64,000 nt of DNA from Candidatus Saccharimonadia bacterium (GTDB lineage Bacteria > Patescibacteriota > Saccharimonadia > Saccharimonadales > JALRHH01), in assembly GCA_023253175.1 (NCBI GenBank), contig JALRHH010000001.1:172020-236019 (forward strand), given 5' to 3'. The notes beneath the pieces were generated by a model, which was given only the letters and a program-made list of their open reading frames with translations, had not been told where the DNA came from and ran no database searches. The translations under genes were made by a program, and so were the position numbers. Positions 55,736 through 64,000 of this stretch are shown one piece after another; position 1 is the first letter of the stretch, and each line of letters begins with the position of its first letter.

Positions 55736-56677
55736 ATGTCAAATATGGAAGACAATAGTTCACGGGTTCAAGAAGAGTTGCAAGCATTTTTTGGGGAAGC
55801 AAATGCTATGCGGTCGCTGCTTATTTTGCTGCTTTCGATAGCTGCGGCATTTCTACTCAGTAAGATTGTGGCATTCATTATTGTTAAGATTGCTCGTTTT
55901 GTAGCTACAATCTCCGATAGCTCCCCAGATACCGAGAAGCAAGTGAGATTGCGCAGGATAGAGACTTATTTGAGTGTTACGATCGCTGCAGTTCGTGCAG
56001 TAATTGTGGGCGTATTTGCATTCTATGCGTGGAATTTGCTGAGCGAAGGCGCAACCGTTGGGGCTGCAGCAATCGGTGCCAGTGCATTTTTTGTAGTATT
56101 GGCTGGTGGTACCGTCGGTATGATTCTGCGTGATATTACCGCTGGTGCGGCTATGATTATCGAGGGCTGGTTTAATGTTGGCGACTATATTGATGTAGAG
56201 CCATTTGATAAGCTTTCTGGTGTCGTCGAGCGCATGACTCTAAGGTCAACCAAGATCAGGAGCTTGAGCGGTGAGGTGATCTGGATTCATAATCAGTATA
56301 TGCAGTCCGTACGGGTGACGCCGACTGGTCATAGGACTATTGCCGTAGACATCTTTGTGAATAATCAGGCGGTCGGAAAAACGCTTATTGAAAAGGTGAT
56401 TGCAACGATTCCCGTCGGGACACTTAAGGTGATTAAAAAACCAGAAATTGCCACCAAGGAAAAATGGGGTGATTATTTATGGTTATTTACTGTCGTTGCA
56501 GAAACTGCACCTGGCCGCGAGTGGCTTATGGAAGATTACTTCATAGACTCCCTTAAGGAACTAAACGAGCGACGGCGTGGACCGCAGACAATCGTGCGGC
56601 CGCCTATCGCAAGGTATGCTGATCCTGCTGCCGAGCGCAGCTTTAAACGTGCCGTCCGAATGGCCAACAAGAAATAG
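55736..56677 (+). CDS. Mechanosensitive ion channel (MscS family)
   Basis: TM helices followed by ...FNVGDYI.V....GVVE.M.LRSTKIR...GE...I.N MscS beta-domain motif. ORF-track start is TTG 55712; ATG 55736 or 55745 is more likely (TACAAT at 55730-35). Confidence 0.8.
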   Translation: MSNMEDNSSRVQEELQAFFGEANAMRSLLILLLSIAAAFLLSKIVAFIIVKIARFVATISDSSPDTEKQVRLRRIETYLSVTIAAVRAVIVGVFAFYAWNLLSEGATVGAAAIGASAFFVVLAGGTVGMILRDITAGAAMIIEGWFNVGDYIDVEPFDKLSGVVERMTLRSTKIRSLSGEVIWIHNQYMQSVRVTPTGHRTIAVDIFVNNQAVGKTLIEKVIATIPVGTLKVIKKPEIATKEKWGDYLWLFTVVAETAPGREWLMEDYFIDSLKELNERRRGPQTIVRPPIARYADPAAERSFKRAVRMANKK

Positions 56678-56679
56678 TT

Positions 56680-57456
56680 GTGGCTACCGGGCAATATATT
56701 ATCGATCGTTGGATGGTGGGTATCATCCAAGAAATATGCCAGAAGCATGGCATAGTATTTCGAACTTATTCAGATGACTGGGTGATTGAGTTAGAAAGAC
56801 AGAAGGTCGTTCAACGCATTTTTGGTTACAAGTTTGATGTAAATAGTAGCGCTGCGAGTAGCATAGCCGGTGACAAGGTTGCTGCCTATCAAATCATGCA
56901 CCAAAAGGGTGTTGCTGCAGTAGAACATCGTCTTGTACAAACGAAAGCCGGACAATACAGCGCGTGGTCAGATGGACTTGATAAAGTTGTAGTAAAGCCA
57001 CTTGATGGTACGAGTGGACACGCAGTAAAGCTTCTTGATACTGCAATTGGCGTACGTGATTATATTAGCGCGCATCCACATATTGCAGCATGGGCTGTCT
57101 CGCCGTATCAGATAATCAACTCAGAGAGACGTTTTATCATGCTTGATGGGGAAGTCTTATGCCAGTACGAAAAGATACCTGTAGAAAATGGTGATCTTAA
57201 AATGTTTAACCTCGGCCTTGGCGCAAAGCCTATTATGACAGAGGCATCATCTGCTGAGACGGCTTTAGCGAAAGACGCACTGAATGCAACTGGGCTCAGG
57301 CTTGCAGCTATTGATGTGGTTTCAGTCGACGACAGTTATAAAATACTCGAAGTAAATGATGGAATGATGATGGAAAATTTTATGCGTCAGTCACAAGCAC
57401 ATAAACACACTGGTTATGAAATTTATCAACGTATCATCGCTGCAATGTTTGCATAA
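56680..57456 (+). CDS. ATP-grasp fold ligase (RimK-like size, substrate unknown)
   Basis: GDKVAAYQIM, VVVKPLDGTSGHAV, RFIMLDGEV, AAIDVV....YKILEVN. GTG start. Confidence 0.65.
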   Translation: MATGQYIIDRWMVGIIQEICQKHGIVFRTYSDDWVIELERQKVVQRIFGYKFDVNSSAASSIAGDKVAAYQIMHQKGVAAVEHRLVQTKAGQYSAWSDGLDKVVVKPLDGTSGHAVKLLDTAIGVRDYISAHPHIAAWAVSPYQIINSERRFIMLDGEVLCQYEKIPVENGDLKMFNLGLGAKPIMTEASSAETALAKDALNATGLRLAAIDVVSVDDSYKILEVNDGMMMENFMRQSQAHKHTGYEIYQRIIAAMFA

Positions 57457-57527
57457 ACATCCTCTGCATGTACAATATAAGCATTAGTGGCATCCACTAG
57501 GTGGTTAAAATAAACAGGTGATATAAA

Positions 57528-60500
57528 ATGAGCATCAAAAGCTTTAGAGAGCTTGATGTCTTTGGGCATTTTGGATTGATTAGAAATATTGCTGCGTGCA
57601 TAGCTATTCTGGCTGTCGTATTTACGCAAAGCGTAATGGTTGGTGCAGCGCCATTTGTAACTGATACATTCACTGGTACGGCTGGAACTGCGCTTGAATC
57701 CCATACTGGAGAGACGGGGGCGACTTGGGCTAAAAATGCCGCGGTGCCGGGGTCAAGTCTCCAGATTGATAGTGCTAACCGACTACGTTCTGCGATTGCT
57801 GGAACTAGCGTTTATTATTCCAGTGGTGTCCCAGCAACAAACGAGTACGACGTGGAAGCAGATATAGTCTATATCTCAACTCCAGGAACGAGAATAATTG
57901 TTGGTGTTAATGGTAGGTATAGTACGACAGCTAATACTGGATATACCACATGGTACGACACATCTACAGGTAGATGGCATCTCTATGTTACGACTGGTGC
58001 TGGTACGGTTGAACTTGGCAACTACGCCCAGGCGCTAACCCCCGGAACAAGTTATCATATAAAGCTTGAGCTTCGTACAGCAACCAAAAAAGTTTTTATT
58101 GATGGCGTAGAGCGGATATCTTCAACTGATAATTCCAATACAACGCTCGGACGTGCCGGTGTAGTCACTGGATTTACTACGGCAAGTGGTACAGGTCTTG
58201 CGCTGGACAATTTTAGCGCAACTGACGCTCCCGTGACTCCTGCGACGGCATACTCACTTTCTGGTTCTAATGCGGGAATCGTAGGAAAAACGTATACTTA
58301 CACCATAACTCCGAATGCCAGCTATACGGGTACAATCACGCCAACGACAAATGGCTCAGGGACATTTTCACCAACATCAGTGTCGTTTAGTAATGAGAGC
58401 ACCGCTAAAACATTTACATATACACCTACAAGCGCCGCGGGATCACCGCATGTAATCAGTGTTTCCAGTAGCCCTGCCTTAAGTAATCCAGCAGCCATTT
58501 CAATGGTCGTGAGGGCCCAAGGAAGCCAATTTGTCCAAGATACATTTACGGGTAGCGCCGCGGTTAATATGACTGCGCACACTGGGGAAGTCGGTGCATC
58601 ATGGACGCGTCATCCGGCTGCGAGCGGAAATCTCGTACTCGACAATAATAACCGTGTATATGGATCAGATGCAGTGCCAACTAATTACTATGCCTCAGGT
58701 TTGCCAGCCAGTCCTGATTACATTGTGCAGGCTGATGTGACACTTGTTTCTAACGCGGCTGATTACATTAGTGTCGTAGGGCGTGAAGATCCTACTGCAA
58801 ATACCTCATACTTCTTCAATTACAGCAATACGCGGGCGCGCTGGGAGCTGTGGAAATTAGTTGGTGGTACTTTAACTAATATTGGTACCAACTCTACGTC
58901 ATTCGGAAGTGTAGGCACCACAAGAAACATAGCTTTATCAATGATAGGTACATCGATACAAGGCTACGTAGACGGCATTTTAATGATCTCTGTAACAGAT
59001 TCGTCTATTACTGCTGCGGGTCGGGCGGCAATTGGCTCGTTCGGAGCGGTTACAGCAACGACTGGGCAACACATGGATAACTTTGCCGCTTACGATTTAG
59101 CTGGACCGGCAAGTAGCTATACTTTGACAGGACCAACCCATGGCAGTGTGAATACAGCATCAGCAACATTTACCGTTAGGCCAAACGGCAGCTACACAGG
59201 AACCATCACGCCAGCGACAAATGGTTCAGGGACATTTTCACCAACCTCACTTTCATTTAGTAATGAAAGTGGCGCCAAGACATTTACCTACACTCCAAAT
59301 AGTACAAATGGGTCACCGCATGTTATCAGCGCTTCAAGTAGCCCAGGCATATCAAATCCCGCCTCCCTCAACTATGTTGTTACAAGTGGTATTACAAACT
59401 TTGGCGTTACGGCAGCCAATTGGTTCTGGAGTCCATACAATACATACTTTAATGGTTCTGCGTCGGCAACTATGTTAACAATGGGTGCCTACAGCAAATT
59501 GAATTTTACTGGTACCTCTGCAATTCTTTCGCTTGATGTATCAGCGCTTGTAAACGCTTCTACGCCAGCCAGTAATTATCCTAAAATTGCATATAGCATC
59601 GACGGGGCAGCAAGGACTGAGTATCAACTCACTCCTACGACCACAACGCTCGTGCTAGCTTCTGGATTGCCTGCGGGCACTCACTCGCTTTATTTTAATA
59701 TGATCTCTGACAGTGTATTTGTTGATCACTGGAATGTACCGGTTAGTCCTGTAAAAGTAACTGGACTTTCTCTTGATGGGGGTGCGTCGATAACAGCACC
59801 GACGCTCAAGCCGGCCAGGGCACTGTTCTTTGGCGATTCTGGCACTGCTGCCTATGATGTGAACTCAGGCGATAATAGTGTCTCTGCAAATGACGCATCA
59901 AAGGGCTGGGTGCCTCATCTCGCATCATTCTTTAACGCTGAGTTCTCTCAGATTGGATACGGAGGCCAAGGCTTCTCGCAGGGCGCAGCAGACGGCACGA
60001 CGCCAGCATTTCCCTCTACGTGGCACAGTTATTACTCAGGCCAATCCAGATTGACGAGTGGTAAGTTCAGCCCCGTGCCAGATTATATTGTGCTTGCACA
60101 AGGCGGCAATGGTGGGGTCTCAAACGACAGTTTAATAGTCACAGCAATAACTAATATGCGCAGTGCTTCGAGCACTAACACAAAAATATTTGTCATGGTG
60201 CCTATCACTGGTGCTGGCAGGTCAAACATAGTACTTGGGTATAACAACTATAAGGCAGCAAACCCATCTGACACTAAGGTGTATCTTCTTGATGCCGGTA
60301 ATCTGACGTATCCATCAACCGATGGCGTTCATCCAACTGAACAGGGCCACCAAATAGTTGCAGATGCGGTAATGAGTACTGTTCGGTCTACGGCGAGTCC
60401 GAGTATGTCCGCTTCTGTAAGTACTGCAGCAAAGGGATCAGCATCGAATATTGTTCAATTAAACGGCATAGATACATATTGGCAGCCTGGCGCGCCCGGA

Positions 60501-61007
60501 AGTCCTGTATTTACAATTAGCGGTGGAGAAGGGGCAACCATTACAAGTCAAACAATTATTGATTCTAGCACCGCTCAAATCACTCTATCTGCAGGCAGCA
60601 AGTCAGGTACGGTGACAATTACTGATCCTATCGCCAACGTTTCGACAACGATTCAAATTGCCGAGCCATACGTGCCGCCTACTTCTGGTAGTAGCACAAC
60701 AACGAATAGCGGAGGAAAGAAGAAAGGTGTCCGGACTGCCTCAGCCTCATCGAGTGCTAGCGCTCAGGAAGCACCAGTAGAGCCAGTTACCGAGCGGACG
60801 GATACAGTTGAAGACCAAGTGCAAGCTCCTGCCGTTAGCCAGAGTAACAGTGGATCCGATAGGGACTCAGGTCTACCTCTTAAAGAGGCAAGGAGTATTA
60901 ATTTTATCCCTTGGATTATAGGAGCAGCAGTAACGTTTATGAGTCTTTTTGCAGCTGGCTTGTCCGCAAAGATCTTACTCGCAAGTGGCAGAAGAAGCCA
61001 CTATTAG
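57528..61007 (+). CDS. Large surface protein: signal/anchor, two [ConA/LamG-like + Ig-like] units, SGNH/GDSL hydrolase domain, Ig-like domain, Ser/Thr/Pro linker, C-terminal TM anchor
   Basis: 1159 aa. Internal duplication (FV.DTFTG...DNF.A.D twice; YTGTITP.TNGSGTFSPTS.SFSNES.AKTFTYTP...GSPHVIS.SSSP twice). SGNH blocks FFGDSGT, GGNG and DGVHPT..GH. C-terminal IPWIIGAAVTFMSLFAAGL. Confidence 0.75.
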   Translation: MSIKSFRELDVFGHFGLIRNIAACIAILAVVFTQSVMVGAAPFVTDTFTGTAGTALESHTGETGATWAKNAAVPGSSLQIDSANRLRSAIAGTSVYYSSGVPATNEYDVEADIVYISTPGTRIIVGVNGRYSTTANTGYTTWYDTSTGRWHLYVTTGAGTVELGNYAQALTPGTSYHIKLELRTATKKVFIDGVERISSTDNSNTTLGRAGVVTGFTTASGTGLALDNFSATDAPVTPATAYSLSGSNAGIVGKTYTYTITPNASYTGTITPTTNGSGTFSPTSVSFSNESTAKTFTYTPTSAAGSPHVISVSSSPALSNPAAISMVVRAQGSQFVQDTFTGSAAVNMTAHTGEVGASWTRHPAASGNLVLDNNNRVYGSDAVPTNYYASGLPASPDYIVQADVTLVSNAADYISVVGREDPTANTSYFFNYSNTRARWELWKLVGGTLTNIGTNSTSFGSVGTTRNIALSMIGTSIQGYVDGILMISVTDSSITAAGRAAIGSFGAVTATTGQHMDNFAAYDLAGPASSYTLTGPTHGSVNTASATFTVRPNGSYTGTITPATNGSGTFSPTSLSFSNESGAKTFTYTPNSTNGSPHVISASSSPGISNPASLNYVVTSGITNFGVTAANWFWSPYNTYFNGSASATMLTMGAYSKLNFTGTSAILSLDVSALVNASTPASNYPKIAYSIDGAARTEYQLTPTTTTLVLASGLPAGTHSLYFNMISDSVFVDHWNVPVSPVKVTGLSLDGGASITAPTLKPARALFFGDSGTAAYDVNSGDNSVSANDASKGWVPHLASFFNAEFSQIGYGGQGFSQGAADGTTPAFPSTWHSYYSGQSRLTSGKFSPVPDYIVLAQGGNGGVSNDSLIVTAITNMRSASSTNTKIFVMVPITGAGRSNIVLGYNNYKAANPSDTKVYLLDAGNLTYPSTDGVHPTEQGHQIVADAVMSTVRSTASPSMSASVSTAAKGSASNIVQLNGIDTYWQPGAPGSPVFTISGGEGATITSQTIIDSSTAQITLSAGSKSGTVTITDPIANVSTTIQIAEPYVPPTSGSSTTTNSGGKKKGVRTASASSSASAQEAPVEPVTERTDTVEDQVQAPAVSQSNSGSDRDSGLPLKEARSINFIPWIIGAAVTFMSLFAAGLSAKILLASGRRSHY

Positions 61008-61666
61008 GCTAGGCGTTTTCCCAGGTCTGAATCTGAAAAGTGGTTCAAAAGCTCTAGCAACTCTTTCTTGGTAGGGTTTGCCCCGAATAGATTGCTGCCA
61101 GGCTGCAATCTAATTCCTTCCTGCAAGGCACCTATATACACTGGATCAAAGCCAAACTTATCAATGAATTCTTCGACGAGCGCAACATCATCTCTGTTAT
61201 CTCCTGCCAAGGCTATCGCTTTGCGGTCACTACTATTGGCAGGCCTACTGCCATCAAGTAGGTCATGATAGCCCATGTGGCTAAAAGCCTTCACCACTCT
61301 GTTGGTAGGTAGAAAGTCACGAATAATTTCACTCGTAGATTTATGGACATCGTCTAAGTCTGGTCGTATTCCATCGACCTCCCACCAGTAATTCATTGCA
61401 TCTATAACGAGTTTATCGTCCAGGCCATCGACGGCAATTGTTTTATATTTACCAAGCGGCAGGGCAAGTATTATGACGTCAGATTGCTTGATTACATCAG
61501 CCTGGGTCATCGCAACTGCGCCAGGGGCCAGTACGCTCATTGACAAGGAGATCTCGTCAGGACTACCAGAGCCAGCGATATTTACTTTGAAGCCAGCTTT
61601 TAGTGCCAACCTCGCAAGCACGAGCCCAAGCTTACCAGCTCCCAAAATACCCACAGATTCTATCAC
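61004..61666 (-). CDS. NAD(P)-binding oxidoreductase of the F420_oxidored / COG2085 family (NADPH-dependent F420 reductase-like)
   Basis: 220 aa. N-terminal GILGAGKLGLVLARLALKAGF Rossmann motif; size and layout match the Npd-like family. 4-nt convergent overlap with the surface-protein gene. Confidence 0.6.
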   Translation of the reverse strand: MIESVGILGAGKLGLVLARLALKAGFKVNIAGSGSPDEISLSMSVLAPGAVAMTQADVIKQSDVIILALPLGKYKTIAVDGLDDKLVIDAMNYWWEVDGIRPDLDDVHKSTSEIIRDFLPTNRVVKAFSHMGYHDLLDGSRPANSSDRKAIALAGDNRDDVALVEEFIDKFGFDPVYIGALQEGIRLQPGSNLFGANPTKKELLELLNHFSDSDLGKRLA

Positions 61667-62713
61667 TTATTTTTCTCCAAGTAGTTCTTTGACACGCGGT
61701 ATGACTTCGTTGGCGTACAGTTCAATCATTTTTTTACGGGCCGAAACTTCCATAGGCCCAAAGCCGTACACCATATCAAATCGCTCCGCACCAACCACTT
61801 TCATGGCACGGGCTATTTTATGCGCAACCGTTTCCGGGGAGCCTACATACAAGGAGCCACTCTGAACTTCATTATCAAAGTGTTCTGGTGTCCAAGGAGC
61901 CCAGCCGCGTGTTCGGCCGATTTTATCAAAGCTTTGCTTGAATAACGGCCAGGCCATTTTGAAAGCGGCTTCATTTGTTTCGGCAATGAGTCCTGGGGAG
62001 TGGATGCCGATAGGATGTGGAGTATTACCAAACTCTTCTGAAGCTCGCTTATATAGCTCGGCATAACCTGCAAAGCGCGCTGGATCACCACCAATGATCG
62101 CGAGCATTAATGGGAAGTTATACCTTGCAGCACGAATCACTGATTTAGGGGAACCTCCAACGCCGACCATTGTTTCAAGCCGGCCTGATTCTGTTTTCGG
62201 AAATATATCTGCATCTTTTAGCGCTGCCCTCGTGCGGCCACTCCAGGTAACAGGCTTTTCTTCCAGGATCTTGGCGAACAGCTCGATCTTTTCTTCGAAT
62301 AATATCTCATAGTCCTCCAGGTCATACCCAAAGAGTGGGAATGACTCGGTGAATGAACCACGACCAAGAATGACTTGCGCACGGCCGCCAGATAAGGCGT
62401 CCAGGGTGGAGAAGCGTTCAAATACTCGTACAGGGTCATCAGAGCTCAGTACTGTCACGCCAGATGCGAGCTTGATATTTTTAGTGCGGGTTGCGATGCC
62501 TGCTAGAACCATTTCTGGGCTTGAAATTGCAAATTCCTCGCGGTGATGTTCGCCAAGGCTAATTGCATTGATGCCAAGCTTGTCAGCGAGCACAGCCTCT
62601 TCAGTAACAAGTCGTATTGCTTCAGCGTAGCTTGTAAGCTTGCCGTCCTCTTTTGTGGCAAGATCGCCGAACGAATCAATGCCAAATGTATACTTTGATG
62701 TCTTCTTTATCAT
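61667..62713 (-). CDS. LLM-class (luciferase-like) flavin/F420-dependent oxidoreductase
   Basis: 348 aa. ...LG....SLGEHH......SSPE..LA.IA..T..I.L.S.V..L...DP.RV.E....LD.LS.GR....LGRG... pattern of luciferase-like monooxygenases. Abuts the reductase-like gene. Confidence 0.75.
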   Translation of the reverse strand: MIKKTSKYTFGIDSFGDLATKEDGKLTSYAEAIRLVTEEAVLADKLGINAISLGEHHREEFAISSPEMVLAGIATRTKNIKLASGVTVLSSDDPVRVFERFSTLDALSGGRAQVILGRGSFTESFPLFGYDLEDYEILFEEKIELFAKILEEKPVTWSGRTRAALKDADIFPKTESGRLETMVGVGGSPKSVIRAARYNFPLMLAIIGGDPARFAGYAELYKRASEEFGNTPHPIGIHSPGLIAETNEAAFKMAWPLFKQSFDKIGRTRGWAPWTPEHFDNEVQSGSLYVGSPETVAHKIARAMKVVGAERFDMVYGFGPMEVSARKKMIELYANEVIPRVKELLGEK

Positions 62714-62811
62714 GTCAGCAGTATATCACTATACAAAGTATAGTGTAAAGATATATTGCTGGTGAAAATGTTTTCACTGCTTCTAATTCTCAATGAGAGC
62801 ATCATAGGGGC

Positions 62812-63558
62812 ATGAACAAATTACCATTTACACATTTTGATTTACCAAGACAACACCTGAGCGAGCAGGGCCACTATATCCCAGCAAGGGCTCGCGATGT
62901 AGACGAAATCGAGCGTCGCCGTAGGATACCTGCCGGCACTGTACTGGCAGAGCAACAAGCGAAGGGCTTCAGAGCTGCTCGACATATCCTGGCCACCGTC
63001 GATGGCGAAAGTCTGGCATATAGTAGCAATTTAATAAGCCTTGCAGCGCTTAACAGCGGTTGGTACACCTTTGCCCAGGGCGCACCAGATGTAATGCGCC
63101 GTCGGTTGTATCTTCCAAAACTTGCAGATCATGAGTCTGATTGGCGCCAAGATCTTTCTGGTCTTCGTGCAGAGGCCATCACAAATATTGATACACTTGC
63201 ATCAATAGCAGGAGGTCTTGCGCTTCGTAGTGAGGCCGCACGGCCCAGTAAGCGCGTCAATGCTCAGTTCGGTCGGATGGCAGGCTCCACGGCTTTGCAG
63301 CTCGCTGTACTGCAGCACGGATCACTACCTGCTGGTAATGCATTTGAGATACAGAAGCAGGCAAGGGATACCGCACTGCAGGCATTAGACGAGTCACGAA
63401 GGTACGGATCAATAAATGGTTCTCATATTTCAATTGCTCAGCTCGCTGACCCCGACAGCCCACTCTCAGTTGAATGGCGACGTAGTGCACCAGACCAGGC
63501 TTATCAGGCACTTAAGGAAGCTCACGAAATACTTGATTTCAGGATCTTCTCGAAATAG
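62812..63558 (+). CDS. Hypothetical protein (248 aa)
   Basis: ORF only. No recognisable domain. Confidence 0.45.
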   Translation: MNKLPFTHFDLPRQHLSEQGHYIPARARDVDEIERRRRIPAGTVLAEQQAKGFRAARHILATVDGESLAYSSNLISLAALNSGWYTFAQGAPDVMRRRLYLPKLADHESDWRQDLSGLRAEAITNIDTLASIAGGLALRSEAARPSKRVNAQFGRMAGSTALQLAVLQHGSLPAGNAFEIQKQARDTALQALDESRRYGSINGSHISIAQLADPDSPLSVEWRRSAPDQAYQALKEAHEILDFRIFSK

Positions 63559-64000
63559 AACAGACCAGGCTGTTCCAGGGCGTCAACAAAATACGGTATG
63601 CTTGGCAACAGGTCAGGATCTGATAGATCAACCTTATCCTGCCAATAGTACTCTGACAGTGCGTCGAGCTGCGACAGCTCCCCAGTAGCGTCTTTTGATT
63701 CAAGGAGCGTAAAATGTGTGAAACTTTCCATGTTTTCGCCCTCGTATACGCGAAGATAGCCGGATCCTCGTACGCTAAATGTTGCCCTTAGGCCTGCCTT
63801 CTCAAGGGCAGCGGCCGTAGCGCTTTCTACTGCTGTTTGCTCAAGAGATGGGACAGCATGCATAAAACCAACCTTACCAAGTAGTGGATGAGCTTTACGA
63901 CGACAAAGCAGCCAGGCACCATCAGATTGCCTCCGTATGGCAATAAAAAGTACCGAGTAGACTCGGTTAATCAGATGGTCGGTCTTTTTGAGCGCATCTT
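63522..64000 (-). CDS. Nudix-like protein with a degenerate Nudix box, N-terminus beyond the window
   Basis: Frame is open upstream of the ORF-track ATG 63863 through to base 64000 (...DGAWLLCRRKAHPLLGKVGFMHAVPSLEQTAVESATAAALEKAGL...). Has Nudix-box geometry, but REUXEE is replaced by AALEKA. Confidence 0.45.
   Translation of the reverse strand, partial: DALKKTDHLINRVYSVLFIAIRRQSDGAWLLCRRKAHPLLGKVGFMHAVPSLEQTAVESATAAALEKAGLRATFSVRGSGYLRVYEGENMESFTHFTLLESKDATGELSQLDALSEYYWQDKVDLSDPDLLPSIPYFVDALEQPGLFYFEKILKSSIS

Overview
This 64-kb chromosomal segment comes from a small-genome bacterium. It is most consistent with a Candidate Phyla Radiation / Patescibacteria (Saccharibacteria-like) lineage. 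That placement is an inference from four observations: no rpmD between rpsE and rplO, no adk or map after secY, tightly overlapping r-protein genes, and many orphan small ORFs. The standard genetic code applies and TGA is used as a stop.

The backbone is the core transcription/translation gene set. In order it contains tig (partial), clpP, rpoB-rpoC, rpsL-rpsG, fusA, tuf, rpsJ, rplC through rplO, secY, infA-rpmJ-rpsM-rpsK-rpsD-rpoA-rplQ-rplM-rpsI, trpS, rluD-like, holB, radC, three tRNAs and rpmG. After these come an alpha-glucan operon (GT4-type synthase, GH57, GH15), an MscS channel, an ATP-grasp ligase, a 1159-aa surface protein, an oxidoreductase pair and a partial Nudix-like gene.

The normally contiguous str/S10/spc operons are cut into separate terminator-bounded units. 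Lineage-specific ORFs with no recognisable homology sit between them.

The most interesting signals are:
- Two paralogous micro-ORF + intrinsic-terminator modules in series upstream of trpS (44.4-45.0 kb).
- Two adjacent tRNA genes, each followed by a related structured spacer and a perfect 21-23 nt copy of its own 3' end (49.8-50.4 kb).
- An insertion between rplO and secY bracketed by a duplicated 23-nt terminator hairpin, which includes an apparently frameshifted signal-peptide gene.
- A 3.7-kb accessory block separating rpsJ from rplC. It encodes a secreted CAP-domain/repeat protein and an archaemetzincin-like protease.
- A 42-codon membrane micro-ORF inside the spc operon.
- A recurrent extended -10 element placed 6-9 nt before ATG, which implies leaderless mRNAs for accessory genes.

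No rRNA, CRISPR array, transposase or integrase was seen.
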